Positions 6,207-14,363 of a stretch of DNA of 28,456 bases are shown piece by piece; the stretch's first letter is position 1, and every line of letters starts with the position of its first letter. The stretch is taken from the IMG/VR virus record IMGVR_UViG_3300021255_004328; one strand, written 5' to 3'. A program made the position numbers and the translations under genes. This DNA comes from a virus (lineage: Duplodnaviria; Heunggongvirae; Uroviricota; Caudoviricetes). The notes under the pieces are model-generated. The model did no database searches. It had not been told where the DNA came from and saw only the letters and a list, made by a program, of their open reading frames with translations.

Positions 6207-8621
6207 ATGTCAGAATTACTCAAACTTGGTGAAGAGTTTTATGATAAGCGGGATAAGGCTTATGAAGAACCTGAAGAACCAAATTTTACAAAAGCTCAAA
6301 AGAAAGCATTTTTGAACGGAGATGATGTTCCTGAAGGACAGGCAGCAAATCCGTGGTCTATAACAGTTGAACAAACTGAAGATGAAAACGATTATAAAAA
6401 AGAACACCCAATCAATGAAGTTCCTATCTTAAATAAACAACTCCACGAAAATGGCTGTTCTTTAGACTCTGAATATGCTGAAGCATTGGCAAGCGTAGGC
6501 GATATTATTGCTGCAGTTGTCGCAGGAGATCCTAAGGCAAGAGAAAGACCTGAATTCAGAACTCTCAACTTCCCTGCAATTAAAGCGGCAATTGAATGGC
6601 TTGTAAAAACAAATCAAATGACAGGCACTGCAAAAGTTGATTTGATGCATAATGCTTGGATGCTCAACTTCAAAGCTAAACCGCCTACACCTGAAGAGTT
6701 TATTTCAGAAAAATATATTGGTGACCAAGCAAATACTTTACACCCTTGGGTAAGAGATGTATTTGCGGATTTCTTCGACCCACTTAAACCTTACAGAACA
6801 TTGGTATTGACTCAACACATTGGTGCAGGTAAATCAACATTCTCAACTCTTGCACAGTTATATATCTCAGTTCACTATGCGTTGATGTGGCACCCATATC
6901 GTTTCTTTGGTATGGCTCCTTCTTCAATCTTTACACAATGTATGGGTGGTTGGAATCAAAAGAAAGCATCAGAATTGTTGCTTGAACCTTTCGTTCAGAT
7001 TCTTGAATGTTCTCCTTATTTCAAAAGAGTTCGTACTCATCAGGATTTGACTGAAGCATCAGCTGAAGAAGTTGCAGAATGTTTGCACTGGACAACATCT
7101 TCTCCTACTTCTTGTCTTTCTTTCCAAAACGGTGTTAATTACAAGATTATTAACGGCGCAGGCTCAATCTTGGGACAGAACATTATTTCAGCCGTTATAT
7201 CTGAGTTGACAATGTTCTCTGAAAACGGCTGGTCTGATGAAAAGATTTACACATTCTTTACAAAGCTTCGTAAAAGAATTGACTCTCGTATGAAAGGCAA
7301 TTACTACGGGCGCTTCATAATCGACTCTCAGCCAAACTCTTTGGAGTCTCCAATTGATGAATGGATTTGGGATAATAAAACAAAAAAGAATAAAGAGAAC
7401 TTAATTATTTCAGGTGAAAGATGGAAGTTCTTCCCAGAAGAATTCCCACAAGCTTGGGAGACACCACGTTCAGATTGGAAACAACCTATGAACTTAAAGA
7501 AGGACTTTGTACACGCCTTCCCAGTATTCAAAGGTGGTGACGGACAACCTCCTAAAGTTGTTGAAACTGAAGCAGAACTTGAAACATATGAACCTGTAGA
7601 TATTGAATGGTCTCCTATGTTACAGATTACTGCATCAGGTGTTAAGTCAATGAAAGATAACGCTGAGGAATCTCCAATCAACTTTTTAAGAGACCAATGT
7701 GGTATTCCTTCAGGAGCTGCTGACCGTTTGATTTACAATAAAGAATGGATTGACCATACTTTTGATAATAATCTTAAAAACATTTATTCAACAATTATTG
7801 CTAAAGCAGAAGATGAGCCTGAGCATTTGATTTGGAACCAAGTTAAAGATAAGTTCTTCCATAAGATTCTTGGTAAGTATCATTTTTATTATGAGCCTGC
7901 GTTACCTCGTGTTGCATCAATCGACTTGGCTGTGTCGGGCGATACGGCGGGTATCTCAATAAGCCACGTTGAAAGAGACCCAGTTCGTTTGGATTCTCAA
8001 GGTAACCCATTAAAAGTTTATGTTACGGACTTAGTTGTTCCTGTAATTCCTAAGACAGGCGCAATCAACCTTGATGCTTTCAAATTTTTTATTTTGGATT
8101 TGATAAGATTGGGTAATATGAATATCCGCCACGTTTCTTTCGACTCTTTCCAATCAAAAGCTATGATGCAAGCACTCGAAAGAGCAGGACTTGAAGTTGA
8201 ATATATTTCAGTTGATAAAAATAATTCTCCTTACTTGTCATTAGTTGATTATGTAATTCATAAAAGATATTATTGCGGTAAGTCAATTATGGTAAAGAAC
8301 AATTTGTTATCCTTGCAAATGGTAAAAAGAAAGACTTCGGGTACAATGAAGATAGATCATATGAATGGAGATAATGTTTACACTGATGAATATTGTCTCC
8401 CAGGGTCTGTTTATAATGATACAAGTTGGACTTTTAGTAAAGTTGGATATTTTGCAAAAGACTTGACAGATTGTATCGCGGCAAATGTTTCTTTGCTTGA
8501 CGAACACGATAACATTTATATTCCTCTTCACGCCTGGGACCCAACCAAAGAATTGGAAAGAACCTACGAAGGCGAAAAGAAGAAATGTTATAATTTGATG
8601 AAAAGTATGTCTTTATACTAA
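6207..8621 (+). CDS. terL: Terminase large subunit with a long N-terminal extension
   Basis: Walker A TQHIGAGKST, Walker B-like SAVISEL, coupling motif IIDSQP, and RNase H nuclease motifs ASIDLAVSGDTAG, VSFDSFQS and KDLTDCIAA. Confidence 0.92.
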   Translation: MSELLKLGEEFYDKRDKAYEEPEEPNFTKAQKKAFLNGDDVPEGQAANPWSITVEQTEDENDYKKEHPINEVPILNKQLHENGCSLDSEYAEALASVGDIIAAVVAGDPKARERPEFRTLNFPAIKAAIEWLVKTNQMTGTAKVDLMHNAWMLNFKAKPPTPEEFISEKYIGDQANTLHPWVRDVFADFFDPLKPYRTLVLTQHIGAGKSTFSTLAQLYISVHYALMWHPYRFFGMAPSSIFTQCMGGWNQKKASELLLEPFVQILECSPYFKRVRTHQDLTEASAEEVAECLHWTTSSPTSCLSFQNGVNYKIINGAGSILGQNIISAVISELTMFSENGWSDEKIYTFFTKLRKRIDSRMKGNYYGRFIIDSQPNSLESPIDEWIWDNKTKKNKENLIISGERWKFFPEEFPQAWETPRSDWKQPMNLKKDFVHAFPVFKGGDGQPPKVVETEAELETYEPVDIEWSPMLQITASGVKSMKDNAEESPINFLRDQCGIPSGAADRLIYNKEWIDHTFDNNLKNIYSTIIAKAEDEPEHLIWNQVKDKFFHKILGKYHFYYEPALPRVASIDLAVSGDTAGISISHVERDPVRLDSQGNPLKVYVTDLVVPVIPKTGAINLDAFKFFILDLIRLGNMNIRHVSFDSFQSKAMMQALERAGLEVEYISVDKNNSPYLSLVDYVIHKRYYCGKSIMVKNNLLSLQMVKRKTSGTMKIDHMNGDNVYTDEYCLPGSVYNDTSWTFSKVGYFAKDLTDCIAANVSLLDEHDNIYIPLHAWDPTKELERTYEGEKKKCYNLMKSMSLY

Positions 8622-9167
8622 ACCATTAAACTTGCGGTGAAGATAATCGTTAAAGGCAATGTCGTTTTCGAGAGTCTCACCACCAAGTGGTGCTCTTCCG
8701 CGATTGTTTTTAAACCCGTTATCGATTTCCTCATTAAGTTTTGATTTTGCAGCAGATACTTTAGGTGCTTCAGTTTTATCTTTTTTGCAAGTACGCTCAA
8801 GATAGAACTTAAGTTCGCCAATATCAACTTCTTCATCTTTTGTGCTCAAATTAGACTGTGCAGCGTAAACAGCACTTTCTGATTTTCCTGCAGCAAGTTC
8901 CTCGTGTGTATGGTTGTCTGCTGATACCCAGATTTCATAAGGTGTTGTTCTCGCAGAAAGCGCAATCTTTACATTTGCAATAAGATGCTCTTTTACAGGT
9001 TTTCTGATTGCCAAAACAGCAAACTTGTCATCATAAGATACAACATCAAACTCAAGGTCAAGAATTGCTTCTGCACATTTTGTTGCAATGTTCTCCCACT
9101 GCATTTTTGAAATTTTTATCATCTCACCACTTTTTAATTCTTTGCATTTTTCTGAAAGCTTACTCAT
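8613..9167 (-). CDS. Hypothetical protein
   Basis: 184-aa ORF with GGAGG RBS and TAATG coupling. Converges on terL. Confidence 0.8.
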   Translation of the reverse strand: MSKLSEKCKELKSGEMIKISKMQWENIATKCAEAILDLEFDVVSYDDKFAVLAIRKPVKEHLIANVKIALSARTTPYEIWVSADNHTHEELAAGKSESAVYAAQSNLSTKDEEVDIGELKFYLERTCKKDKTEAPKVSAAKSKLNEEIDNGFKNNRGRAPLGGETLENDIAFNDYLHRKFNGLV

Positions 9168-9394
9168 TACAGTTTTCCTCCAAGTTTTTTATATGCAATT
9201 AAGTAATCATTGAGCGACTTAACTAAACCTTTTGCAACTTTACCATTGCTGATGTAAGGAAGAACTTTCTTTACTTCCTTACAAAGTGCCAAAGAATACG
9301 CGCTCAACTTTTTCTCGTTAATTGTAGGCTCTTTCGTCTGGGATGTCGAAGCAGTACTTTTTTCCTTCGTATTCATATTCATCTCCACTATCAA
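9167..9394 (-). CDS. Hypothetical protein, start uncertain
   Basis: Stop overlaps the next ATG. The 5' part overlaps ORF 9318..9503, so the true start is probably further in. Confidence 0.55.
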   Translation of the reverse strand: MIVEMNMNTKEKSTASTSQTKEPTINEKKLSAYSLALCKEVKKVLPYISNGKVAKGLVKSLNDYLIAYKKLGGKL

Positions 9395-9503
9395 TTAGCT
9401 GCTGCAACTTATTGTCATCAATACCAAACTTTTTTGTTACATCATCACGGATTGCAAGTTTAGCATCGTGATTTTTTTCAATAATTAAAACTCTTTCAAT
9501 CAT
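9318..9503 (-). CDS. Hypothetical small protein
   Basis: 61 aa, GAGGTAAGGA RBS, fills the gap between neighbours. Confidence 0.7.
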   Translation of the reverse strand: MIERVLIIEKNHDAKLAIRDDVTKKFGIDDNKLQQLIDSGDEYEYEGKKYCFDIPDERAYN

Positions 9504-9507
9504 ATCC

Positions 9508-9795
9508 TTACCTCAAATCTAATTCTACGCCATCAAAAATTTCAGGCCATATATCAAGAAGCTTATCTGCGACTCTTGTTGGACACATACACTTCTTAAC
9601 TGTATATACTCTGAACAACTCAGTTATATCCTTCCAATCACAGGGCTCTCCGTTCTTGTCAATCAATTCATCATCTTCATCAAGAGCATATTGCTCTAAT
9701 GAAACGAAATCGCGAACTGCTTTTGACTCTTCGTCATTTGAATGATGAGAAACATAAACATCATAATCAGCATCGTCGTCTTTACCAAGCCACAT
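9508..9795 (-). CDS. Hypothetical protein, member of the PxFF(D/E)G paralogue family
   Basis: Ends CMCPTRVADKLLDIWPEIFDGVELDLR. Confidence 0.8.
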   Translation of the reverse strand: MWLGKDDDADYDVYVSHHSNDEESKAVRDFVSLEQYALDEDDELIDKNGEPCDWKDITELFRVYTVKKCMCPTRVADKLLDIWPEIFDGVELDLR

Positions 9796-9797
9796 TA

Positions 9798-10550
9798 TTA
9801 TTCAATACCTCTTACTTCAAAAGACATATCTTTTTTAATGTTTTCGATTTCTTTTGGGTCTTTGTTTTCTTTAAGAGCCTCTTCATACTTTTTTCTACAA
9901 ATAGTACATTCTGTATCTGCATAAGTACCTAAAGAACAAGAACCCCATTTTAATTCAAAAGGCCAAACAGGAGATGCGCCGTGGTATTGTTCATACCAAT
10001 CTTTATGATGCTTTTTCATATGAGCGCCTTCCCACTTTTGCATCTTTTTAACATCTTCATTTGTTAAAGAGTAGCTGCTGTCATACTTATCAGAACATTC
10101 AACCTTTTCAATGACTGCATAATTCCAAGGATAATAATCACATCTACTTTCATAGGCGTTTATTGCTTGCTCAAGTAATTGAATTGCCATACCAGCTTTA
10201 GCGGCAAGGTCTCCTAATCCGCCTCTTTGAAGATCATATATAGGTGTATCATCAGGCTGTGCAGAATGAGGTTTGCAAATATGATCCTTGAGCGATAATG
10301 CCCAAAAGTTACCTTTATAGTGAAAGACAATCTGTTCATTTTTTATAAATCTTTCTGGGATCATATTACATAAGAACTCAACTGAAGAGTCTTTTACAAC
10401 AAACTCTTTCTCATTGTTCATTGACTTAATAAGATCGAAGTCTTCGTCCATACTGAGGTCTTTATGTTCGTTAAGCCCTTTGCTTCCGCCTGTCCAGTAT
10501 TTATGATACTTAACATTCTCAACAAATTTCTTAAGTTCATTATAATTCAT
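9798..10550 (-). CDS. Hypothetical protein
   Basis: 250-aa ORF with AGGAG RBS. Weak copy of the family motif (FVVKDSSVEFLCNMIPERF) in the N-terminal part. Confidence 0.85.
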   Translation of the reverse strand: MNYNELKKFVENVKYHKYWTGGSKGLNEHKDLSMDEDFDLIKSMNNEKEFVVKDSSVEFLCNMIPERFIKNEQIVFHYKGNFWALSLKDHICKPHSAQPDDTPIYDLQRGGLGDLAAKAGMAIQLLEQAINAYESRCDYYPWNYAVIEKVECSDKYDSSYSLTNEDVKKMQKWEGAHMKKHHKDWYEQYHGASPVWPFELKWGSCSLGTYADTECTICRKKYEEALKENKDPKEIENIKKDMSFEVRGIE

Positions 10551-10558
10551 ATCATCTC

Positions 10559-10858
10559 CTACTTTGAAAACTTATCACAAAAGATTATTGCTTTAGTCTC
10601 ATCAAAATGTAATTCAGTTGTAAATGCAACTTTTATAAGGCTGTTCTCTTCAAAGAATACAACAAAACCAGAATGAAACATCTCAAAGATTGTTTTTCTA
10701 TCTCGCTGATTTACAACGCCCCATAAACCATCGTAATCATTTTGTAGTGTTACACATAGATTAGGAAAACCGTATTTTGCAAACAATTCATTAAGCTTCT
10801 TTTCAGACTCTTCTTTCTCTGAAAAGTCAAAACGGAAAACCTCAATTATTGCCTTCAT
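10559..10858 (-). CDS. Hypothetical protein
   Basis: Start moved to ATG 10858 (MKAIIEVF) with AAGGA upstream, which reduces the overlap with the upstream ORF. Confidence 0.7.
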   Translation of the reverse strand: MKAIIEVFRFDFSEKEESEKKLNELFAKYGFPNLCVTLQNDYDGLWGVVNQRDRKTIFEMFHSGFVVFFEENSLIKVAFTTELHFDETKAIIFCDKFSK

Positions 10859-10979
10859 CAGATAATTCCTTTTCTGCCATCTCCTGAATTTCTGCAAAAG
10901 TTTTTCCATTAAGAGGGTTGTTTTCCTCTCCTAAATGCTTCTGTATCATTTCATCAATGAGCTCTTGATTTAATTCCAT
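10842..10979 (-). CDS. Small acidic hypothetical protein (45 aa, MELNQELIDE...)
   Basis: ATG 10979 preceded by GGAGG and a class II promoter. Confidence 0.7.
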   Translation of the reverse strand: MELNQELIDEMIQKHLGEENNPLNGKTFAEIQEMAEKELSDEGNN

Positions 10980-10999
10980 ATATGGACCTCCATATATCA

Positions 11000-11007
11000 A
11001 TATTAAC
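11000..11007 (-). promoter_or_regulatory. GTTAATAT promoter motif (class II)
   Basis: TTTTGTGTTAATAT directly after the terminator stem. Confidence 0.7.
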
Positions 11008-11036
11008 ACAAAAGGAGTTGCGCTCCGCAACTCCTT
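11008..11036 (-). terminator. Rho-independent terminator after hsp20
   Basis: AAGGAGTTGCG-GAG-CGCAACTCCTT followed by TT. Confidence 0.85.
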
Positions 11037-11059
11037 ATTAAAACCTCCAGAATGTATCT

Positions 11060-11674
11060 TTACTTTTTGAACTTAGGATTGAAGTTTATCTTCTTTGGCT
11101 CAAATGTGATACGAACGACACCGAATTCAAACTCAACAATAGGTTCTTCTATGTTGTATCTTGTGTTGTCTACCTTGAAAGGAACACGAGTATCCTTTAC
11201 AGTGAAGCCCTGAACTTCATAGGTTTTGCTTTCAACTTTTGGCTCTTCAGTTTCAGAAGTGTTTTCAGCATCGGATTTCTCTTCTGCTTCTGATTCTTCT
11301 TTTGCTTTTGGCTCTTCTGCCTTGACGCCACTTGAAAGAACAAGGTCAATGTAATCTGGATTTTCTTTGTTGATTTCAAAAGAAATGTTCTTTGGATCAT
11401 ATCCGGCACACGCAAACTCGTAGGTCTTTCTACCTTCGTTATCGTCGATAATGTTTACACGGATTGCGTCTGAACGAACAATATCTTTAGGTGGGCGATT
11501 ACGGCCATAGGAATAAGTGCGAACAATCTTTTCGCCAACTTTATTTCCATTGTCGTCTGTGATGTCTCTGCGGTAAACACGAGACCCTTCTGGAAGGTTA
11601 CCTTCCTGCATTGCTCTACAAATCTCTGCTGGGATTGCAAGAGCTTCATTAAATAAATCATCGAAACTACCCAT
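11060..11674 (-). CDS. Small heat-shock protein (Hsp20 / alpha-crystallin domain) with an acidic insertion
   Basis: YEFACAGYDPKNISFEI matches the Hsp20 h.h.hPG...dI.h pattern, and IVEFEFGVVRITFEPKK matches the A.h.nGVL.I.hPK motif. Confidence 0.75.
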   Translation of the reverse strand: MGSFDDLFNEALAIPAEICRAMQEGNLPEGSRVYRRDITDDNGNKVGEKIVRTYSYGRNRPPKDIVRSDAIRVNIIDDNEGRKTYEFACAGYDPKNISFEINKENPDYIDLVLSSGVKAEEPKAKEESEAEEKSDAENTSETEEPKVESKTYEVQGFTVKDTRVPFKVDNTRYNIEEPIVEFEFGVVRITFEPKKINFNPKFKK

Positions 11675-11771
11675 TGGTACGTCTCCCTTATAAAATATAT
11701 TCTATCGCCTTGCGGCGCATAGTTGCAATTGGATATAAAGAATGTTTTGCAACCATTCCTTATAACCAATT
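11675..11771 (-). promoter_or_regulatory. Structured 5' leader of hsp20 (candidate RNA thermometer or switch)
   Basis: Long hairpin AATTGG-T-TATAAGGAATG/CATTCTTTATA-T-CCAATT, an alternative GTTGCAA/TTGCAAC helix, and a GCAA-tetraloop hairpin at 11702-11722. Confidence 0.5.
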
Positions 11772-11774
11772 AGT

Positions 11775-11782
11775 ATATTAAC
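11775..11782 (-). promoter_or_regulatory. GTTAATAT promoter motif (class II) upstream of hsp20
   Basis: Exact intergenic motif in the correct orientation. Confidence 0.65.
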
Positions 11783-11795
11783 ATAAATTTGAAGA

Positions 11796-12476
11796 TCACT
11801 TATTTCCCATCTCTGCCATTGCTTGCTGTGCAAGTGATGTAGGATCTTCTGGGTCTTCATACTTGTCAGTCATATCTGAAGAGTTCTTTTCTGCAATACC
11901 GTTTCTTGACAACTGACCAAGTTGGAAAGCATATTGGTCCCAGCTATCAATAAGACGACGGAACAAAGAAACTTTGGACTCTGCCAACTGAATCTGAGCC
12001 TGCAAAGCAGCATATTCTTTTCGGTATCTGACAATAACCATCTTGTCAATCTCTTCTTTTTTATACCACTTTGCTGCAGACTCACTTGCTTTGTTTACAT
12101 CTTTTCGAACTTCCAAAAACTTTACAGCTTCCCATTCGTTAAATGCTTGTTTCGCTGAATTCCACTTCCATCTTGCCTGTTCATACAATGCAGTAAGAGC
12201 AAGCATTACGTGTTCGTGCTGCATAATAGCACGGTCAATCAATGGGAGAGGTGGCGATGTATTGCCGTCAAAGAGAAGCTTTTGGTCCATCTTTGCAACT
12301 TGCTTTGATACAAACTCAATAAACTGATTTTCTGCGGCAGACATTGCTCCGCCAATTTCAGTATTTGATGTTATAGCAGTATCATCGAAATCAAGATCAT
12401 CATCGGCTCTTTCATACAAAGGCTTTGGTTTTTCTTCAACAGGCGGTTCTTGAATGATACGTCTTCCTTCAGGCAT
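11796..12476 (-). CDS. UvsY-like recombination mediator / coiled-coil protein
   Basis: Long helical run ending LAESKVSLFRRLIDSWDQYAFQLGQL resembles UvsY-family C-termini. Acidic N-terminal extension. Confidence 0.45.
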   Translation of the reverse strand: MPEGRRIIQEPPVEEKPKPLYERADDDLDFDDTAITSNTEIGGAMSAAENQFIEFVSKQVAKMDQKLLFDGNTSPPLPLIDRAIMQHEHVMLALTALYEQARWKWNSAKQAFNEWEAVKFLEVRKDVNKASESAAKWYKKEEIDKMVIVRYRKEYAALQAQIQLAESKVSLFRRLIDSWDQYAFQLGQLSRNGIAEKNSSDMTDKYEDPEDPTSLAQQAMAEMGNK

Positions 12477-12811
12477 TACTCACCTCTTTTAAAAGTTGCT
12501 CTTCTCATTTTCAAAAATGACTTTTCATCACGAAGAGTCTTTTTATAAATGCCACACTTACAAGGTCCTTCACTATCGCGTGTATAAAAATCTTTACACA
12601 TACAGCGTTCGCCATTACCTGAAAGGCAGCACCAATTGTTATCTTTAACTTTCTGTTTAAGCCCAGGCTCAACTTCAGTTATCATATAACGGTCTTCCAC
12701 CCAAACCTCAAATCTTTTAGGAGACTTTGGGATTGCTGCAAGTTCTTCATCAGACCAAGCCTGCTCTTTCTCTTCCTGCTCTTCTTCCCAATCTTCTTTT
12801 GATTTTGCCAT
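12476..12811 (-). CDS. Ferredoxin:thioredoxin reductase catalytic-subunit-like Cys-rich protein
   Basis: WCC...CMCKDF...GPCKCGIY parallels the CPC...CPC...CHCGLF pattern. Start moved to ATG 12811 with AAGGA RBS. Confidence 0.6.
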   Translation of the reverse strand: MAKSKEDWEEEQEEKEQAWSDEELAAIPKSPKRFEVWVEDRYMITEVEPGLKQKVKDNNWCCLSGNGERCMCKDFYTRDSEGPCKCGIYKKTLRDEKSFLKMRRATFKRGE

Positions 12812-12813
12812 AT

Positions 12814-13008
12814 TTATTCCTTCTCCACAAACAAGCAATCATCTTTCTTGCCTGCCATATAAAGTGATTTAATTAAGTCCATCAAGGACATTTTTTCCTT
12901 TGTTGAAATCTCATCTTTTGTATCAACTTCAGTAAACTTGAACTCTCTGTTTGAGTTTTCAAATACAACTGTTGTGACATTATCTTTCTTATTGATTTTT
13001 ATATCCAT
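12814..13008 (-). CDS. Hypothetical small protein
   Basis: ATG 13008 (MDIKINKK) with AGAGG RBS and a class II promoter. Confidence 0.7.
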   Translation of the reverse strand: MDIKINKKDNVTTVVFENSNREFKFTEVDTKDEISTKEKMSLMDLIKSLYMAGKKDDCLFVEKE

Positions 13009-13025
13009 AGAAACCTCTTTCAATA

Positions 13026-13033
13026 ATATTAAC
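13026..13033 (-). promoter_or_regulatory. GTTAATAT promoter motif (class II)
   Basis: TTTTTGTGTTAATAT directly after the terminator stem. Confidence 0.7.
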
Positions 13034-13062
13034 ACAAAAAGGATAGGGCAAGCCTATCCTTT
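13034..13062 (-). terminator. Rho-independent terminator after the RNA ligase gene
   Basis: AAAGGATAGG-CTTGC-CCTATCCTTT followed by TT. Confidence 0.85.
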
Positions 13063-13099
13063 ATAACTTTTGAAATCCTTTATAGATTTTTATACTTTT

Positions 13100-14347
13100 T
13101 TACTTACGGGCAAGCTTTGCAATCTCACCAAGACCTTTGTCAGCATAATCTGAGTTCTTTACTTTGAAAGAACAACCAATATTGCTATCCTTGTCGTAAT
13201 TCATAGTGCGAACTACAACGCCTTCGTGCTGCAAGTAATCAACCCAAATCTTGTCCTTTGGCTGAACTTCATAAAGAAGATTCTGACAACCTGAAACCAC
13301 TTTCCAAGCAGCCTTTTCTGCGTAAGCAACTGCAGCGTTTACATCAGGCATAATGTCCTTAAGCAAAACATTTGACTGAATAACAGGAACAAAGTGGAGA
13401 CCGAAGTCAAGAGTTGCAACCTTGATAGCTTCTTCAGGTGGAAGCTGCTTTCCTGTGTTGTAATCCTTTATAGTGAAAACAAACCAATCATTTTCAGCAA
13501 AGTTGTAAATGTTCTGCTGAATTGTCGGGCCTACCTGTTCTCCCTGAAGAATGTAAGCGTTGCCTGTCTTCTTGTAAATCTGCTTCATCTTGTTGATGAT
13601 GTCTTTCTTACGCATCATTTCCCAGAAGATTGAATTGTCAGGAAGAGTGTAAGCATTGTTACGAGAACAAGGATAAGCGCCTGTAAGCTTCTTTCCCTTG
13701 AATACAGGAACAACAGTAAATGACTGACCTTCCATTTTTGCAGTTACATAAACTCGTTCATCAGCAAACTTCTGAAGAGTTCCCTTCATATTCTGAATTG
13801 TTGTTTCATCAGATTTTGAAATCAAATTTGAAGGGAAGCCGCCTGAAGAGTTCTGATGATTCTTCTGCCAAATACGACCAATCCAACGAGTAAGAGTATG
13901 TGAAAGGCAGAACTTAACCCACTTAGGATAAGCCTTCTTTGACTCACCTTTTGTTGGAGATGCGTCTTCCTCAGGCTCATACTTACGGATTTCAAGAACA
14001 TCAGTAATGTCATCACCTGCCTTAAACTTTTTCCAAACCTTTTCATCAAGGCCAAGTTCGTTAAGCGGAACAATCAAACCCCAAGACTTGATTGTTGCAA
14101 ACTTCATAGGCTTGATAACAAAACCATTTACTGACTCTTTGAAGCAGCGCTTACGAAGCCATTCCCAAGTATCTTTTACTGGGAGAATTGAGCCTTCCTG
14201 AATAAAAGCAACAAGCTGCCCAGGCTGAATGTCCTTTGACACCATTGCTTCATATGAGTTTTCAACCATTGAAGCGCCCTGTACCTTGTCTTTTCCTTCG
14301 AGCGGCCAAACCTTTTCAATAGTGCAAATTGAAGCTAAATCTCGCAT
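13100..14347 (-). CDS. ATP-dependent RNA ligase, DRB0094 / Rnl5 family
   Basis: N-terminal OB-like module (LASICTI...GQLVAFIQEGSILP), KSDETTIQN, motif I TAKMEGQS, LQGEQVGPTIQQN, EGVVVR and FKVKN. Confidence 0.9.
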   Translation of the reverse strand: MRDLASICTIEKVWPLEGKDKVQGASMVENSYEAMVSKDIQPGQLVAFIQEGSILPVKDTWEWLRKRCFKESVNGFVIKPMKFATIKSWGLIVPLNELGLDEKVWKKFKAGDDITDVLEIRKYEPEEDASPTKGESKKAYPKWVKFCLSHTLTRWIGRIWQKNHQNSSGGFPSNLISKSDETTIQNMKGTLQKFADERVYVTAKMEGQSFTVVPVFKGKKLTGAYPCSRNNAYTLPDNSIFWEMMRKKDIINKMKQIYKKTGNAYILQGEQVGPTIQQNIYNFAENDWFVFTIKDYNTGKQLPPEEAIKVATLDFGLHFVPVIQSNVLLKDIMPDVNAAVAYAEKAAWKVVSGCQNLLYEVQPKDKIWVDYLQHEGVVVRTMNYDKDSNIGCSFKVKNSDYADKGLGEIAKLARK

Positions 14348-14363
14348 TTATAAACCTCCGTTT

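Noticed and set aside
6207-8621. Intein or intron explaining the long terminase
   Set aside because: No C/S...HN-C/S/T splice motifs or LAGLIDADG block seen. The extra length is mainly N-terminal.
13063-13099. Short TATAAA / TATAAAGGAT reiterations after the RNA ligase stop
   Set aside because: Short and AT-rich, and one copy is part of the terminator arm. No independent support.
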